Source: Candidatus Aminicenantes bacterium
Lineage (GTDB): Bacteria; Acidobacteriota; Aminicenantia; Aminicenantales; JAFGBC01
Reading direction: 5' to 3'
Assembly: GCA_963702005.1 (NCBI GenBank)
Contig: OY969696.1
Span: forward strand, 704,001 to 768,000
DNA: 64,000 nt
Positions 1 to 9,754 of this stretch are shown in pieces; the first letter of the stretch is position 1, and each line of letters opens with the position of its first letter. A program made the position numbers and the translations under genes. The notes beneath the pieces are model-generated. The model was given only the letters and a program-made list of their open reading frames with translations. It was not told the origin of the DNA and searched no databases.

Positions 1-171
1 TTTTGGTGGATAGATGATCAATATCGCCGGGTTGGGGTTAACGAGAATTTTAAGGAGGGTGAATGACGGGAGAGTCTGCTAGCTTTCTGTGTCCAAGGTC
101 GGGGTGAATCTCCAACGGATTCATCCCGGGGGAGAGGGATCAAGAGTATTCGGAATGCGGAGTCTAAACGA

Positions 172-3100
172 ATGAAAAACAGGTCATTATGTTTCGCTCT
201 CATCATTTGTTTCTTAACCGTCGGAACCGCGTTCGCTCAGCTCACGCCGGAAGGGAAGATCATAGGAAAGGTTGTTGACAACCAAGGGAGTTCTCTTCCC
301 GGCGTGGCCGTTGAAGCGATCAGCCCCAAGCTGGTCGGAAAGGCCGCCACGATTACCGATGCCAACGGGACCTTCCGTTTGATGGCCCTTCCGACCGGGG
401 TTTACCAGGTCACCTTTTCGCTGCCCGGGTTCAAAACGCTGGTCAGAGAGGATATCTATCTGGAGTTATCCCAGACGCTGACCCTGAATGTCACCCTGGA
501 GATGTCCGCCCTGGCGGAGACGATCACGGTCGTCGGCCAGGCCCCCCTGATCGACGTCAAGAGCACGGTCAAGGGGCAGGTCATGACCAAGGAAACCTTT
601 ATGTCGCTTCCCCGAGGGAGGGCCTTCGATTCTCTCATCAGCCTTATTCCCGGCGTTCAGAATGAGGACATCACCGCCGGCATCTCGGTCGACGGCGCCT
701 CGGGCGCCGAGAACGTGTTCTTCGTCGACGGCGCGGATATGACGGACTTTCACCTGGGCATCAAGGGCCAGAACATGGTTCTCGAGCTGCTGGATGAGGT
801 CAAGGTCACGGCTTCAGGCTACAACGCCGAATTCGGCGGCTCGATGGGCGGCGTCGTCAACGTCATCACCCGCTCCGGCGGCAACGATTATCACGGCGAC
901 GTCATGCTCTTCTACGAGAACAACCGCACCTACATGCAGGGGAAGGCGCGGGACTACCTCAGGCAGAACCCCGACAACGATACGCTCTTCGAGTACGTGA
1001 ACGACGACACGCTCTATTTCAACGGCGGGAAGGACCGGGACCGCTACAACCGGTACGAAGGGGTCGTGAGCCTGGGCGGCTACATCATCAAGAACAAGCT
1101 GTGGTTCTTCGGCTCCCTGAACCCGGTCTACAACCAGACCGCGGCCCAGCGGGACTTCAATTATCGGGAGGGGCCGTTCGCCACGTTCAAGAACAAGAAC
1201 ACCGATTATAACGGCTCCATCCGGCTGTCGGCGGCCCCGACGACTGGGCTCCGGCTGTCGGCGAGCTACGTCAACAATTTCACCAAGTACCGGGGCGCCC
1301 TCCCCAGCATCCTCGGCTATGACGACTCGTCCTACGAATGGCTGAAAGAGGGCTACGACTATCCCAACTGGACGGCGGCGGTAACGGCGGATTATTCCAT
1401 CGGCAACAACCTTCTCATCAGCTACCGGGGCGGCTGGCACGAGCAGAATACGAACAACCAACAAATCCGCCCGCCCGACAGCACAACCTATAACTTCAAC
1501 ACCTCGAATACGGCCTACGCGGACGATCCGTTCTTCCTGGCCCATCCGGACTTGATCCATTCCTCGGGTTGGACCTCGGCCGGGACCTTCCGCGAGACCA
1601 AGAAATACCTGCAGGAAAAGATCAGCAACAACCTGGACGCGACCTACTATCTCAATGCGATGGGGGAACACGCCCTCAAGGCCGGCTTCGGCTATGCCTA
1701 TCTCCACGAGGATGTCTTTGAAGCCGCTACGCACCCCAGAGTTTACCTGGCTTTCGGAAGGACCTTCCAGGGCCTGGGCGATCCCGTCGGCGTCGGCGCC
1801 GACCCGAGCAGTCCCTATTACGGCGCCTACGGATATTATTATATCCGGGGCTCCTTCACCCAGCCCGTCAACGGGGGCGCCTGGAACATCCACGCCAACA
1901 ACTTCTCGGCCTATCTCCAGGATTCCTGGACCATCAAAAACAGGCTGACCGTCAACTTCGGCCTCCGGTCCGAGAGCCAGTACATCCCGTCCATGACCAC
2001 CGACACCTCCTATACGAGCTTCACGGACAAGCCCGTCAAGTTCAATATGGGCCAGATGCTGGCTCCCCGGGTGGGCCTGGTCTATGACGTGTTCGGGGAT
2101 TCCAGCCTGAAGGTTTTCGGCAGCTTCGGCATCTATTACGACGTCATGAAGCTCTACATGGCCGAGCTGACCTTCGGCGGCTGGAAGCGCAATCAGGATT
2201 ACTACGCCCTCATGGACCCGGATTGGAGGAAAATCGCGGCGAGCGGCGTGTTCGGCGATCGGGCCAGCCAGGCGGCTGGCGGCACCTACGCCGGGACCAT
2301 CGATTTCCTGCCGCCGTCGTTCGACCGGGTCGATCCCGACCTTAAGCCGACCGCGCAGCGGGAGATCTCGTTCGGCGCCGAGAAGAAGCTATCCGAGAAC
2401 CTGTCCTTGTCCGTCCGCCTGGTCAATAAGCACCTGATCCGGACGATCGAGGACGTCGGCGTCTTCGAGTGGGTCACCGATCCCGCGACGGGCAGCCGGA
2501 CCCTGCAGGAGCTCTTCTACATCACGAATCCCGGTTTCGGTTATTCCCGGCCGGTCTCCCAGGGCGGAAAGTTCACCGACGAATACTGGCCGTGCCCCAA
2601 GGCGACCCGCGAGTACTACGGCTTGAACGTCACGCTCGAGAAGCGGTTCAGCGATAACTGGCAGGGCGGGATCAACTATACCCTGAGCCGGATCGCGGGA
2701 AATTATTCCGGCCTGGCCAGCGCCGACGAACCCGACAACGGCGTCGGCCGCCTCGGCCCGAACGTCGAACAGTACTACGACGATTGGTTCATCATGTACG
2801 ACGCCAAGGGGAAGGTTCTGGACGGCCCGTTGCCCCAGGACCGAACCCATTACATTAAGGCGTATGGGACCTATTCGTTCCCGTTCGGGCTGACCGTGGG
2901 CGTGACCGCCTACGGCCGCAGCGGCCTGCCGTTAACGACCAAGCTCTGGCTCAACGATCGGTACATCTATCCCGAGAACCGGGCCGATCTGGGCCGGCTG
3001 CCCTTCACTTTCTGGGCCGACCTCTACCTGGACTACTCATTCAAGTTCGGCGACAAATACCGGGCGTCCATCAACCTCCAGGTCAACAACATGACCAACA

Positions 3101-3300
3101 CCCAAACCGTCCAGAGGCAGATTCAGGAGATCAACCTGTACGGCATCTGGGCCGATTACTCGCAGATCCTCGATGGAACGCTGGCTCGCGACTATAAACA
3201 GATGGTCGCGGAGGCGGACGATACGCACCCCGCCTTCAACAAGTGGGTGAGCCGGTTCGGCCCCTGGTCCGCGCGCCTGGGCCTCAAGTTTTCGTTCTGA
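172..3300 (+). CDS. TonB-dependent outer-membrane receptor (Oar-like, N-terminal carboxypeptidase-regulatory-like domain)
   Basis: 1042 aa; signal peptide; GKVVDNQG..LPGVAV domain; plug motif AEFGGSMGGVVNVITRSG; YLQDSW motif; C-terminal ARLGLKFSF beta-barrel signature. Confidence 0.9.
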   Translation: MKNRSLCFALIICFLTVGTAFAQLTPEGKIIGKVVDNQGSSLPGVAVEAISPKLVGKAATITDANGTFRLMALPTGVYQVTFSLPGFKTLVREDIYLELSQTLTLNVTLEMSALAETITVVGQAPLIDVKSTVKGQVMTKETFMSLPRGRAFDSLISLIPGVQNEDITAGISVDGASGAENVFFVDGADMTDFHLGIKGQNMVLELLDEVKVTASGYNAEFGGSMGGVVNVITRSGGNDYHGDVMLFYENNRTYMQGKARDYLRQNPDNDTLFEYVNDDTLYFNGGKDRDRYNRYEGVVSLGGYIIKNKLWFFGSLNPVYNQTAAQRDFNYREGPFATFKNKNTDYNGSIRLSAAPTTGLRLSASYVNNFTKYRGALPSILGYDDSSYEWLKEGYDYPNWTAAVTADYSIGNNLLISYRGGWHEQNTNNQQIRPPDSTTYNFNTSNTAYADDPFFLAHPDLIHSSGWTSAGTFRETKKYLQEKISNNLDATYYLNAMGEHALKAGFGYAYLHEDVFEAATHPRVYLAFGRTFQGLGDPVGVGADPSSPYYGAYGYYYIRGSFTQPVNGGAWNIHANNFSAYLQDSWTIKNRLTVNFGLRSESQYIPSMTTDTSYTSFTDKPVKFNMGQMLAPRVGLVYDVFGDSSLKVFGSFGIYYDVMKLYMAELTFGGWKRNQDYYALMDPDWRKIAASGVFGDRASQAAGGTYAGTIDFLPPSFDRVDPDLKPTAQREISFGAEKKLSENLSLSVRLVNKHLIRTIEDVGVFEWVTDPATGSRTLQELFYITNPGFGYSRPVSQGGKFTDEYWPCPKATREYYGLNVTLEKRFSDNWQGGINYTLSRIAGNYSGLASADEPDNGVGRLGPNVEQYYDDWFIMYDAKGKVLDGPLPQDRTHYIKAYGTYSFPFGLTVGVTAYGRSGLPLTTKLWLNDRYIYPENRADLGRLPFTFWADLYLDYSFKFGDKYRASINLQVNNMTNTQTVQRQIQEINLYGIWADYSQILDGTLARDYKQMVAEADDTHPAFNKWVSRFGPWSARLGLKFSF

Positions 3301-3328
3301 TCGAGGCGCTCGGCACGCAACGTTTCAT

Positions 3329-3366
3329 AAGAGCCCGTCCTTCGTCTCCGAAGGACGGGCTCTTTT
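3329..3366 (+). terminator. Intrinsic terminator
   Basis: aagagcccgtccttcg-tctc-cgaaggacgggctctt hairpin with a short T run, directly after the receptor stop. Confidence 0.8.
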
Positions 3367-3500
3367 CCTGAAGCTCCACCGACTCACGTCCGTGGGGTCT
3401 CCCCTTTACAGGCGTTGGAGCGCGCCTATGGAGCCGTTGATACGGCTCCATGAGTACTGCGAAACCGCACTCATGGAAGCCATGAGTAGTGCAAGGCTGC
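3367..3500 (-). repeat. Composite palindromic intergenic repeat (copy 1)
   Basis: Reverse complement has the same module order as 38321-38465: CAGCCTTGCA, ACTCAT..ATGAGT-type hairpins, CGCTCCAAYGCCTGTAA, CCCAC..GTC..TGGAGCT. Confidence 0.7.
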
Positions 3501-3568
3501 TGCCAGCCCCCGAAAGGGATTGACAGGGGGGGGAAGGGCCCGCTATTCTTGGGGCGGCTTAAAGACCC

Positions 3569-5857
3569 ATGAGTCGAAGAAGTTCCCGAAGAAAGAGGGC
3601 TCGGGCGTCAGGCCGGACCGGATCGAACGCTCCCGCGGCTGAAAAAAAGAGCGAGTTTCACGAGGCCCAAAGTCCGAAATCCGGCAGTCGTCGAGGATTG
3701 ATCGGGGGCATCGCCGGGAGCGCCGCGGCGGCGGGCCTCCTCCTTTATTTTTTAGTTATCGGCCCCGGCCGGAATCGGATCCGGCTACCGGGCGCGCCTT
3801 CTCCGAACGTCCTACTCATCACCCTCGACACCACCAGGGCCGACCATCTGGGCTGTTACGGCTATCGGTCGGCCAAGACTCCCTCTCTGGACGGCCTGGC
3901 CCGGGATGGGATCAGGTTTTCCCGGGTCTATTGTCCCGCGCCCCTGACGCTGCCCTCTCATTGTTCGATCATGACCGGGCTTTATCCTCTCAAGCACGGC
4001 GTTCGCAATAACGGTCATGATCTGCCTTCGGGAATCAAGACGCTGGCGAACATCTTGAAAGGGCACGGCTACGCCACCGCGGCTTTTGTCTCTTCGTTCT
4101 CGGTGGATTCCCGGTTCGGGCTCAACCGGGGCTTCGACGTCTATGACGACCAGTTCCAGTCGGAGCTTCCGATCAAATCCCAGAACGCGGAGCGCCCGGC
4201 CGAGGGAACGTTCGCCCGGTTTTCCCGCTGGCTGGACAAGAATTCCGGCGCCAAGTTTTTCTGCTGGGTCCACTATTATGACCCGCACCTGCCTTATGAC
4301 CCTCCTTCGCCCTACCGGGAAGAGTTCGGCGGCCGTCCCTACGACGGAGAGATCGCCTACATGGATCATTATATAGGCGCCCTGCTGGAGGGGTTGAAGG
4401 ACAAGGGAATTCTGGGGAATACGCTCGTCGTCGTCGCCGGCGACCACGGAGAAGGGTTCGGGAACAAGGTCGAGATCGGCCACGGCCTATTCCTCTATGA
4501 GGAGACCCTCCGGGTCCCGCTCATCTTCTATCATCCCGGGATCTTCCGTCGTCCTCGCGTCGTGGAAGGTTCGGTCCGGCTGGTCGACGCGGCTCCGACC
4601 ATTCTGGAGATCCTCGGCTTGAACGGTGAAGCCGCGGACATGCAGGGGCAAAGCCTGATCGCCCGGATCGGAAGCCGGAGCCGGGATGGCCTCGACAGCC
4701 TGGTCGAATCGTTCTACCCCCGGGAAAATTTCGGCTGGTCGGAACTCGTCGGACTGGTCTCGGGCTCTTGGAAATTCATCCAGTCCCCGCGGCCCGAGCT
4801 CTACGATCTGGGGAATGACCCCGAAGAAAGGAAGAATCTGGCCGATGTCGAGGCCGACCGGGCCCGCGCCTTGAAGGCCAAGCTGGAACAAGGGCTTCTC
4901 GGCTTGAGCCCCGGACGTCCGGCGGCCGGCGAAGGAACCGCGGCCCGGCCGGAAGACATGGACAAACTCAGGTCCCTCGGCTACGTGAATTTCGCCCCGG
5001 CCCGGCCGGGTTCGATTTATCCCGACCCGAAAGACAAGCTCGACCTCCTCAAGCTGATCCAGCAGGCCCAGGCGTATGAGTTCGAGGACAAGTACGCCGA
5101 GGCCGAGCAAGTCGATCTCCGGATCCTGGCCGGCATCCCGGATTCCCCCGCGAGCTATATCAACCTGGCCATCGCCCAGGCGAGGCAACATAAGTTCGAC
5201 CAGGCGGTCGATACGCTGAAAAAGGGCACGGCCCGTATCCCGGATTCCAAGATCCTCCTCTCCCGCCTGGGGCACACCTATCTCGTCGCCGGAAAACTCC
5301 AGGACGCCTCTGAGACGATGAAGCTGACCCTGGCTCTGAACCCCCGAAACGTCGACGCCCTGACCATCTCTGCCGGCATCCTGGACACGTGGGGCCGGAA
5401 GGACCAGGCCCGCACGTATTATGAGCGGGCCCTGGCCGTCGAACCGGGGAGCCGGTACCTCCGGATGAGCTATGCGGGCAATCTGGCCTCCAGCGGCCGG
5501 CTGCGGGAAGCGATCGAGGTCTATAAAAAACTGATCGAAGATTTTCCCGAAGAACAGGCCTTCTATCAGTACGCGGGCATCGCTTATTCCTACCTGGGCG
5601 AATACGAGCCGGCCATTCAGTTCCTCGAACGGGCCGTTGCTATCGGCCCGACGCCGGTCGGATTTTTCAACCTGGCCGTGTCCTGCGAAAAGAGCGGCCG
5701 CCTCCAGGACGCGATAAAATATCTCGGGCTTTACCTGGAGAATTCGGGGGGGAGAGCGAAATCAATATCCGAAGGGCCCGGGCGGAGCTCGAACGTCTGG
5801 AAAAACAACAGCCTCCCCGCTGATCGGTCTTCGCTAAGAATCGGCCGGAGGGGTTGA
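3569..5857 (+). CDS. Sulfatase-like hydrolase with C-terminal TPR repeats; the last ~35 aa are probably frameshifted (true stop probably 5823)
   Basis: LLITLDTTRADHL, PLTLPSHCSIMTG, HYYDPH, GDHGE motifs; TM anchor; TPR helices. Adding one G to the G7 run at 5746-5752 restores a helical tail ESEINIRRARAELERLEK. Confidence 0.85.
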   Translation: MSRRSSRRKRARASGRTGSNAPAAEKKSEFHEAQSPKSGSRRGLIGGIAGSAAAAGLLLYFLVIGPGRNRIRLPGAPSPNVLLITLDTTRADHLGCYGYRSAKTPSLDGLARDGIRFSRVYCPAPLTLPSHCSIMTGLYPLKHGVRNNGHDLPSGIKTLANILKGHGYATAAFVSSFSVDSRFGLNRGFDVYDDQFQSELPIKSQNAERPAEGTFARFSRWLDKNSGAKFFCWVHYYDPHLPYDPPSPYREEFGGRPYDGEIAYMDHYIGALLEGLKDKGILGNTLVVVAGDHGEGFGNKVEIGHGLFLYEETLRVPLIFYHPGIFRRPRVVEGSVRLVDAAPTILEILGLNGEAADMQGQSLIARIGSRSRDGLDSLVESFYPRENFGWSELVGLVSGSWKFIQSPRPELYDLGNDPEERKNLADVEADRARALKAKLEQGLLGLSPGRPAAGEGTAARPEDMDKLRSLGYVNFAPARPGSIYPDPKDKLDLLKLIQQAQAYEFEDKYAEAEQVDLRILAGIPDSPASYINLAIAQARQHKFDQAVDTLKKGTARIPDSKILLSRLGHTYLVAGKLQDASETMKLTLALNPRNVDALTISAGILDTWGRKDQARTYYERALAVEPGSRYLRMSYAGNLASSGRLREAIEVYKKLIEDFPEEQAFYQYAGIAYSYLGEYEPAIQFLERAVAIGPTPVGFFNLAVSCEKSGRLQDAIKYLGLYLENSGGRAKSISEGPGRSSNVWKNNSLPADRSSLRIGRRG

Positions 5858-5910
5858 CTTGCGGGGCGGGCGGGTGTTATCTTGGCCTCCCGATCCAGAG
5901 TCTGGATGCC

Positions 5911-6702
5911 ATGCCGTATCAAGATCATGCCGAAAGCCAGGGCGGCGAAGTCCTGTTCCGCGACGATCAAAGCGATGCGCTCGGACTGACCGAAGAGATC
6001 CGGCCCTCGCGCAGGGGCGGCCGCCACGCCGCGCTTCTCGATACCGGCCGCCTAGGGCTCGTCGAGCTCGATTGGCTGGCCAAGGAAGGGCTGAGTCTTT
6101 ACACGTCGGACGAAGCCGGGCGGTCCGCTCCCGACCTCATTCGGATCGGAGAAGAGATCCGCAAAGCGGGCGGCGGCATGTTTTACTTCCATAACGGGGC
6201 CTGGGATGGAGACGCCAGCCCGGCCCGACCTTCATTCGCGGATCTCGTTGACATGGGGCGAAGCGGGATCGATATCCATGTCTCCAACCGCGAAAGGGAC
6301 CGCGATCCGGTCCGCCTCTGCGAGCTCGCCCGGGCTTGCCGGGAGGGCCGAGCTTGGTTCGTCTATTATCACGCGGGGCGACTCAGCCCTTGGATTGAGG
6401 ACCTGGCTCGTTGCGGCGCTTGGATCCATCTGACCGAGGATAGTCTGTCGGCGGATGGGGATGTCCTTATCGTCAAGGACGCCGCGGCTGCGGCCCGCCG
6501 CCGGGGATTCAACATCATCCTTCATCTGGCCTCGGTCCGGAACGTCTCCTGGATCAAGGATCTCCTCAAGGCGGGCGTCCTGGTCCTCATGGAGACCGCG
6601 CCGAGCGATTATCGGTCTCCCCTCCGGGAGCTCGAAGCCGAGTCTAAAAAAACGCGGCTCGAGCGCAGGATGTATTATCTCAATTCGACCTTCCTTCCTT
6701 AA
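5911..6702 (+). CDS. Hypothetical protein
   Basis: Long ORF with host-like codon usage. ATG 5911 preferred because the track start TTG 5854 coincides with a TTGACT -35-like element. Confidence 0.6.
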   Translation: MPYQDHAESQGGEVLFRDDQSDALGLTEEIRPSRRGGRHAALLDTGRLGLVELDWLAKEGLSLYTSDEAGRSAPDLIRIGEEIRKAGGGMFYFHNGAWDGDASPARPSFADLVDMGRSGIDIHVSNRERDRDPVRLCELARACREGRAWFVYYHAGRLSPWIEDLARCGAWIHLTEDSLSADGDVLIVKDAAAAARRRGFNIILHLASVRNVSWIKDLLKAGVLVLMETAPSDYRSPLRELEAESKKTRLERRMYYLNSTFLP

Positions 6703-6935
6703 TTCCCCCCTGTTTCCCGTAATCATGTTCTTGAGAATCTGCAGACATGATTACGGCAGCCGAATTCGCGTTTCGTTATTCTGCGCCGCCCGTGTTCGGC
6801 TGTGCCGAGTAAGCGGAGCTCAGTAGAGTCGGACGTATCGCTCATGTCGCGACGCTCTTACCTGAAGGAATGAAGCGCTTCGTTCGCCCTATTCATGGGG
6901 GGATTTGGAGGCTTAACCACTAACTATTGGGTCAA

Positions 6936-6987
6936 ATAAAAAAAAAGTAAAAAAAGTATTGACATTTACCGAAAATTGTTTAAATAT
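6936..6987 (+). promoter_or_regulatory. Probable sigma70 promoter with A-tract UP element
   Basis: TTGACA at 6959-6964 preceded by long A tracts and followed by an AT-rich -10 region. Confidence 0.55.
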
Positions 6988-7013
6988 ACGTAAGTGAAAG
7001 ACATAATTCAAAC

Positions 7014-7073
7014 ATGGAGTACGACCAAGAGATTGAATACGGCGCAGAAACAGACGCCGAATTATTAGCGTAA
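7014..7073 (+). CDS. Possible 19-aa acidic leader/small peptide MEYDQEIEYGAETDAELLA
   Basis: ATG...TAA between the promoter and the first ATP-grasp gene; no clear SD. Confidence 0.35.
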   Translation: MEYDQEIEYGAETDAELLA

Positions 7074-7088
7074 CCGAGAAACGACAAA

Positions 7089-8207
7089 ATGAGGATTGCT
7101 TTAATATTTAGCTCCAAAAAAGGTATGGCCGCTTCCCTCCACCGCGTCCTCCCCGAGGAGAAGCGCGAGGACGAGGACGAGCCCCCACCCGATCTCTACG
7201 CCGAGTGCGATTCCGACGAAACCATCTCGGCGGTGCGGGGAGCCCTCGAGGAAAGATACGAGGTCGTTTCCATCGAGTCCGACGACCGCGCCTTTGAGCG
7301 TCTGAAAAAGGCGAAGCCCGACCTCGTCTTCAACATCGCCGAGCGATTGTTCGGGCCCAACCGGGAATCCCATATTCCGATTCTCTGCGAGATTCTCGAC
7401 ATCCCCTATACCGGCTCCGACCCGCTCACCTTGGGGATCTGCCTCGACAAGTCTCGGGCCAAGGAGATCCTCTCCTTCCACGGCATTCTCAACCCGCCTT
7501 TTTGGACCGTCTCTTCTTATCTCGAACTGCCCCGATCGGTCGCCCTGCCGGCCGTCGTCAAGCCCCTGTTCGAGGGCTCGAGCAAGGGGATCAAGGACAA
7601 CTGCCTGGTCCGGACGCGGCGCGACCTCATCCTCCGCGTCCGGGAAGTGACCGGCCTTTACCGTCAACCGGTCATCGTCGAGAAGTTCCTGGGCGGACGG
7701 GAGTTCACCGTGGGCGTCTTGGGGAACCCGCCCGGGATCGAGATCCTGCCCATCGTCGAGATCGACCACAGTCAGCTCCCGGACGGGGCCGCCCCGATCT
7801 ATTCCTACGAAGCCAAGTGGGTTTGGGACCGGCCCGAAAATCCGCTCCGGATTTTCCGCTGTCCCGCCGACCTTTCCGAACGGCTCCAGGACGAGATCGA
7901 GGATCTCGTCCGGCGGACCTGCGACGTCCTCCGTGTCCGCGACTGGTGCCGGATCGATGTCCGGCTCGACGAACGGGATCGCCCCCAGATTCTCGAGGTC
8001 AATCCTTTGCCCGGGATCCTTCCCAACCCGGAGGATAATTCCTGCATGCCCAAGGCTGCCCGGACGGCCGGTTACAGCTATACGGGGCTCGTCCATCGCG
8101 TCGTCGAAGAGGCCTTGTCGCGCCACGGTCTGGACGCGCCCAAACCGCGTATCGTTCAGCGGACGCCGGGCCGCCTCTGGCACGAGGCGCGGGCGGCCGG
8201 AGAGTGA
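7089..8207 (+). CDS. D-Ala-D-Ala ligase-like ATP-grasp enzyme (1)
   Basis: VFNIAE, PYTGS, DK, VVKP..EGSSKGI, EKFLGGREFTV, RIDVR, LEVNPLPG. Confidence 0.85.
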   Translation: MRIALIFSSKKGMAASLHRVLPEEKREDEDEPPPDLYAECDSDETISAVRGALEERYEVVSIESDDRAFERLKKAKPDLVFNIAERLFGPNRESHIPILCEILDIPYTGSDPLTLGICLDKSRAKEILSFHGILNPPFWTVSSYLELPRSVALPAVVKPLFEGSSKGIKDNCLVRTRRDLILRVREVTGLYRQPVIVEKFLGGREFTVGVLGNPPGIEILPIVEIDHSQLPDGAAPIYSYEAKWVWDRPENPLRIFRCPADLSERLQDEIEDLVRRTCDVLRVRDWCRIDVRLDERDRPQILEVNPLPGILPNPEDNSCMPKAARTAGYSYTGLVHRVVEEALSRHGLDAPKPRIVQRTPGRLWHEARAAGE

Positions 8208-8210
8208 CCG

Positions 8211-9227
8211 ATGATGACCCGGAACCTCCTGGTCGGCATCGCTTTCAACGCCTACGAGCCGCCCTCGACGCGCGCTAAAGAGGAACGGATGTCGGAGGAA
8301 TCCGTCGAGCAGATGGCCTTCGAGGTCTTGGAGGCCGTCACCGAGCTTGGCTACTCGGCGGTCGTCCTTCCCCTTCAGCGCAGCTTCCTGCGCTTCCTGG
8401 ACCGGATGAAGAGACTCAACTTCGACGTCCTCATCAACCTCTGCGAAGGATTCCGCGGCCGTCCCCAGCTCGAAGCCAACGTCGCGGCCGCCCTCGAGCT
8501 CCTGGAAACTCCCTTCACCGGCAACTCGTCGCGGACGCTGGCCCTCTGCCAGGACAAATACAATACCAAGGCCATCCTCAACGCTCAGGGCTTGCCCACG
8601 GCCAAGGCCCGTTTGATGACCGCGGCCGAGGAAATCAACGACCTCCGCTTCCCGCTCTTCGTCAAGCCCAACGCCGAAGACGCCAGCTTGGGCATCCATT
8701 CCGATTCGGTCGTCGGCGACCAGGAAAGCCTCTTCCGGCAGGTCGACCACCTGCTCCGGACCTACCAGCAGCCGGTTCTGGTCGAAGAGTACATCGACGG
8801 CCGGGAATTCAACGTCGCCGTCTTCGACAATCACGAGATCCAGGCCCTGCCCGTTTCAGAGATCGATTTTTCGGGGATGCCGGCCTCGGCCCCCCGCATC
8901 TGCAGCTACGAAGCCAAGTGGTTCGAGGACCACGAGTTCTACACGCATACCGTTCCGATCTGCCCCGCCAAGATCGAAGAACAAACCCGGGCCAAGCTCC
9001 AGGCGACGGCCCTGGCCGCCTTCCATGCGACCGGCTGCCGCGACTACGCCCGGGTCGACTTCCGGATGGACAGGGAAGGGGCCCTGGCTATTCTCGAGGT
9101 CAATCCCAACCCCGATATCTCGCTCAACGCGGGCTATGCTCGGGCCCTCAAGGCGTTCGGGATCGACTACAAGATGTTCTGGCATCAGCTCATCGAAAAC
9201 GCCTTGCAGAGGAAACGGGCTTCTTGA
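8211..9227 (+). CDS. D-Ala-D-Ala ligase-like ATP-grasp enzyme (2)
   Basis: INLCEG, PFTGN, FVKPNAEDASLGI, EEYIDGREF, YARVDFR, LEVNPNP. Confidence 0.85.
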   Translation: MMTRNLLVGIAFNAYEPPSTRAKEERMSEESVEQMAFEVLEAVTELGYSAVVLPLQRSFLRFLDRMKRLNFDVLINLCEGFRGRPQLEANVAAALELLETPFTGNSSRTLALCQDKYNTKAILNAQGLPTAKARLMTAAEEINDLRFPLFVKPNAEDASLGIHSDSVVGDQESLFRQVDHLLRTYQQPVLVEEYIDGREFNVAVFDNHEIQALPVSEIDFSGMPASAPRICSYEAKWFEDHEFYTHTVPICPAKIEEQTRAKLQATALAAFHATGCRDYARVDFRMDREGALAILEVNPNPDISLNAGYARALKAFGIDYKMFWHQLIENALQRKRAS

Positions 9228-9694
9228 TCAGGCCCCTGACCCAGGGCGACCGGGCGACCATCCTCCATCTTCTCCGGGACACGGGCATGTTCACGGACGC
9301 CGAGATCGTGGTCGCCGAGGAGCAGATCGATATCGTCCTGAACCAGCCCGGCCAGAAGGACTACGACATCGTCGTTGTCCAGGACGAGGCCGCGGCGGTC
9401 GCCGGATTCCTGTCCTGGGGATCGACCCCCTTGACCGAGGGCGCCTACGACCTGTACTGGATGGCCGTCGCGCCGGACAAGCAGGGTCGCGGCTACGGCA
9501 AACGGCTCGTCCGCTGGCTCGAGGACCGGGTCAAGTCCGAGAAGGGGCGGCTCATCATCATCGAGACCTCGTCCCTGCCGAAGTACAAACCGACCCGCGA
9601 ATTTTATCTCGGGCTCGGCTACAAAGAGGCGGCGCGCATCCCCGACTTCTACAAGCCGGGCGACGCCCGCGTCATCTATACGAAGTATTTGTAA
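9224..9694 (+). CDS. GNAT family N-acetyltransferase
   Basis: TTG start overlaps the upstream TGA; LYWMAVAPDKQGRGYG acetyl-CoA motif; FYLGLGY. Confidence 0.85.
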   Translation: MIRPLTQGDRATILHLLRDTGMFTDAEIVVAEEQIDIVLNQPGQKDYDIVVVQDEAAAVAGFLSWGSTPLTEGAYDLYWMAVAPDKQGRGYGKRLVRWLEDRVKSEKGRLIIIETSSLPKYKPTREFYLGLGYKEAARIPDFYKPGDARVIYTKYL

Positions 9695-9696
9695 AA

Positions 9697-9733
9697 GACC
9701 GGGGTCAAACCTACACTTTGTCACAAAGTGCAA
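9697..9733. repeat. REP-like repeat copy 1, flanking the RAYT
   Basis: gaccggggtcaaacctacactttgtcacaaagtgcaa; internal palindrome cactttgt-c-acaaagtg; inverted relative to copy 2 (2 mismatches in 37 bp). Confidence 0.85.
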
Positions 9734-9754
9734 CTTAAGGAAGAAAAGGCGGTT

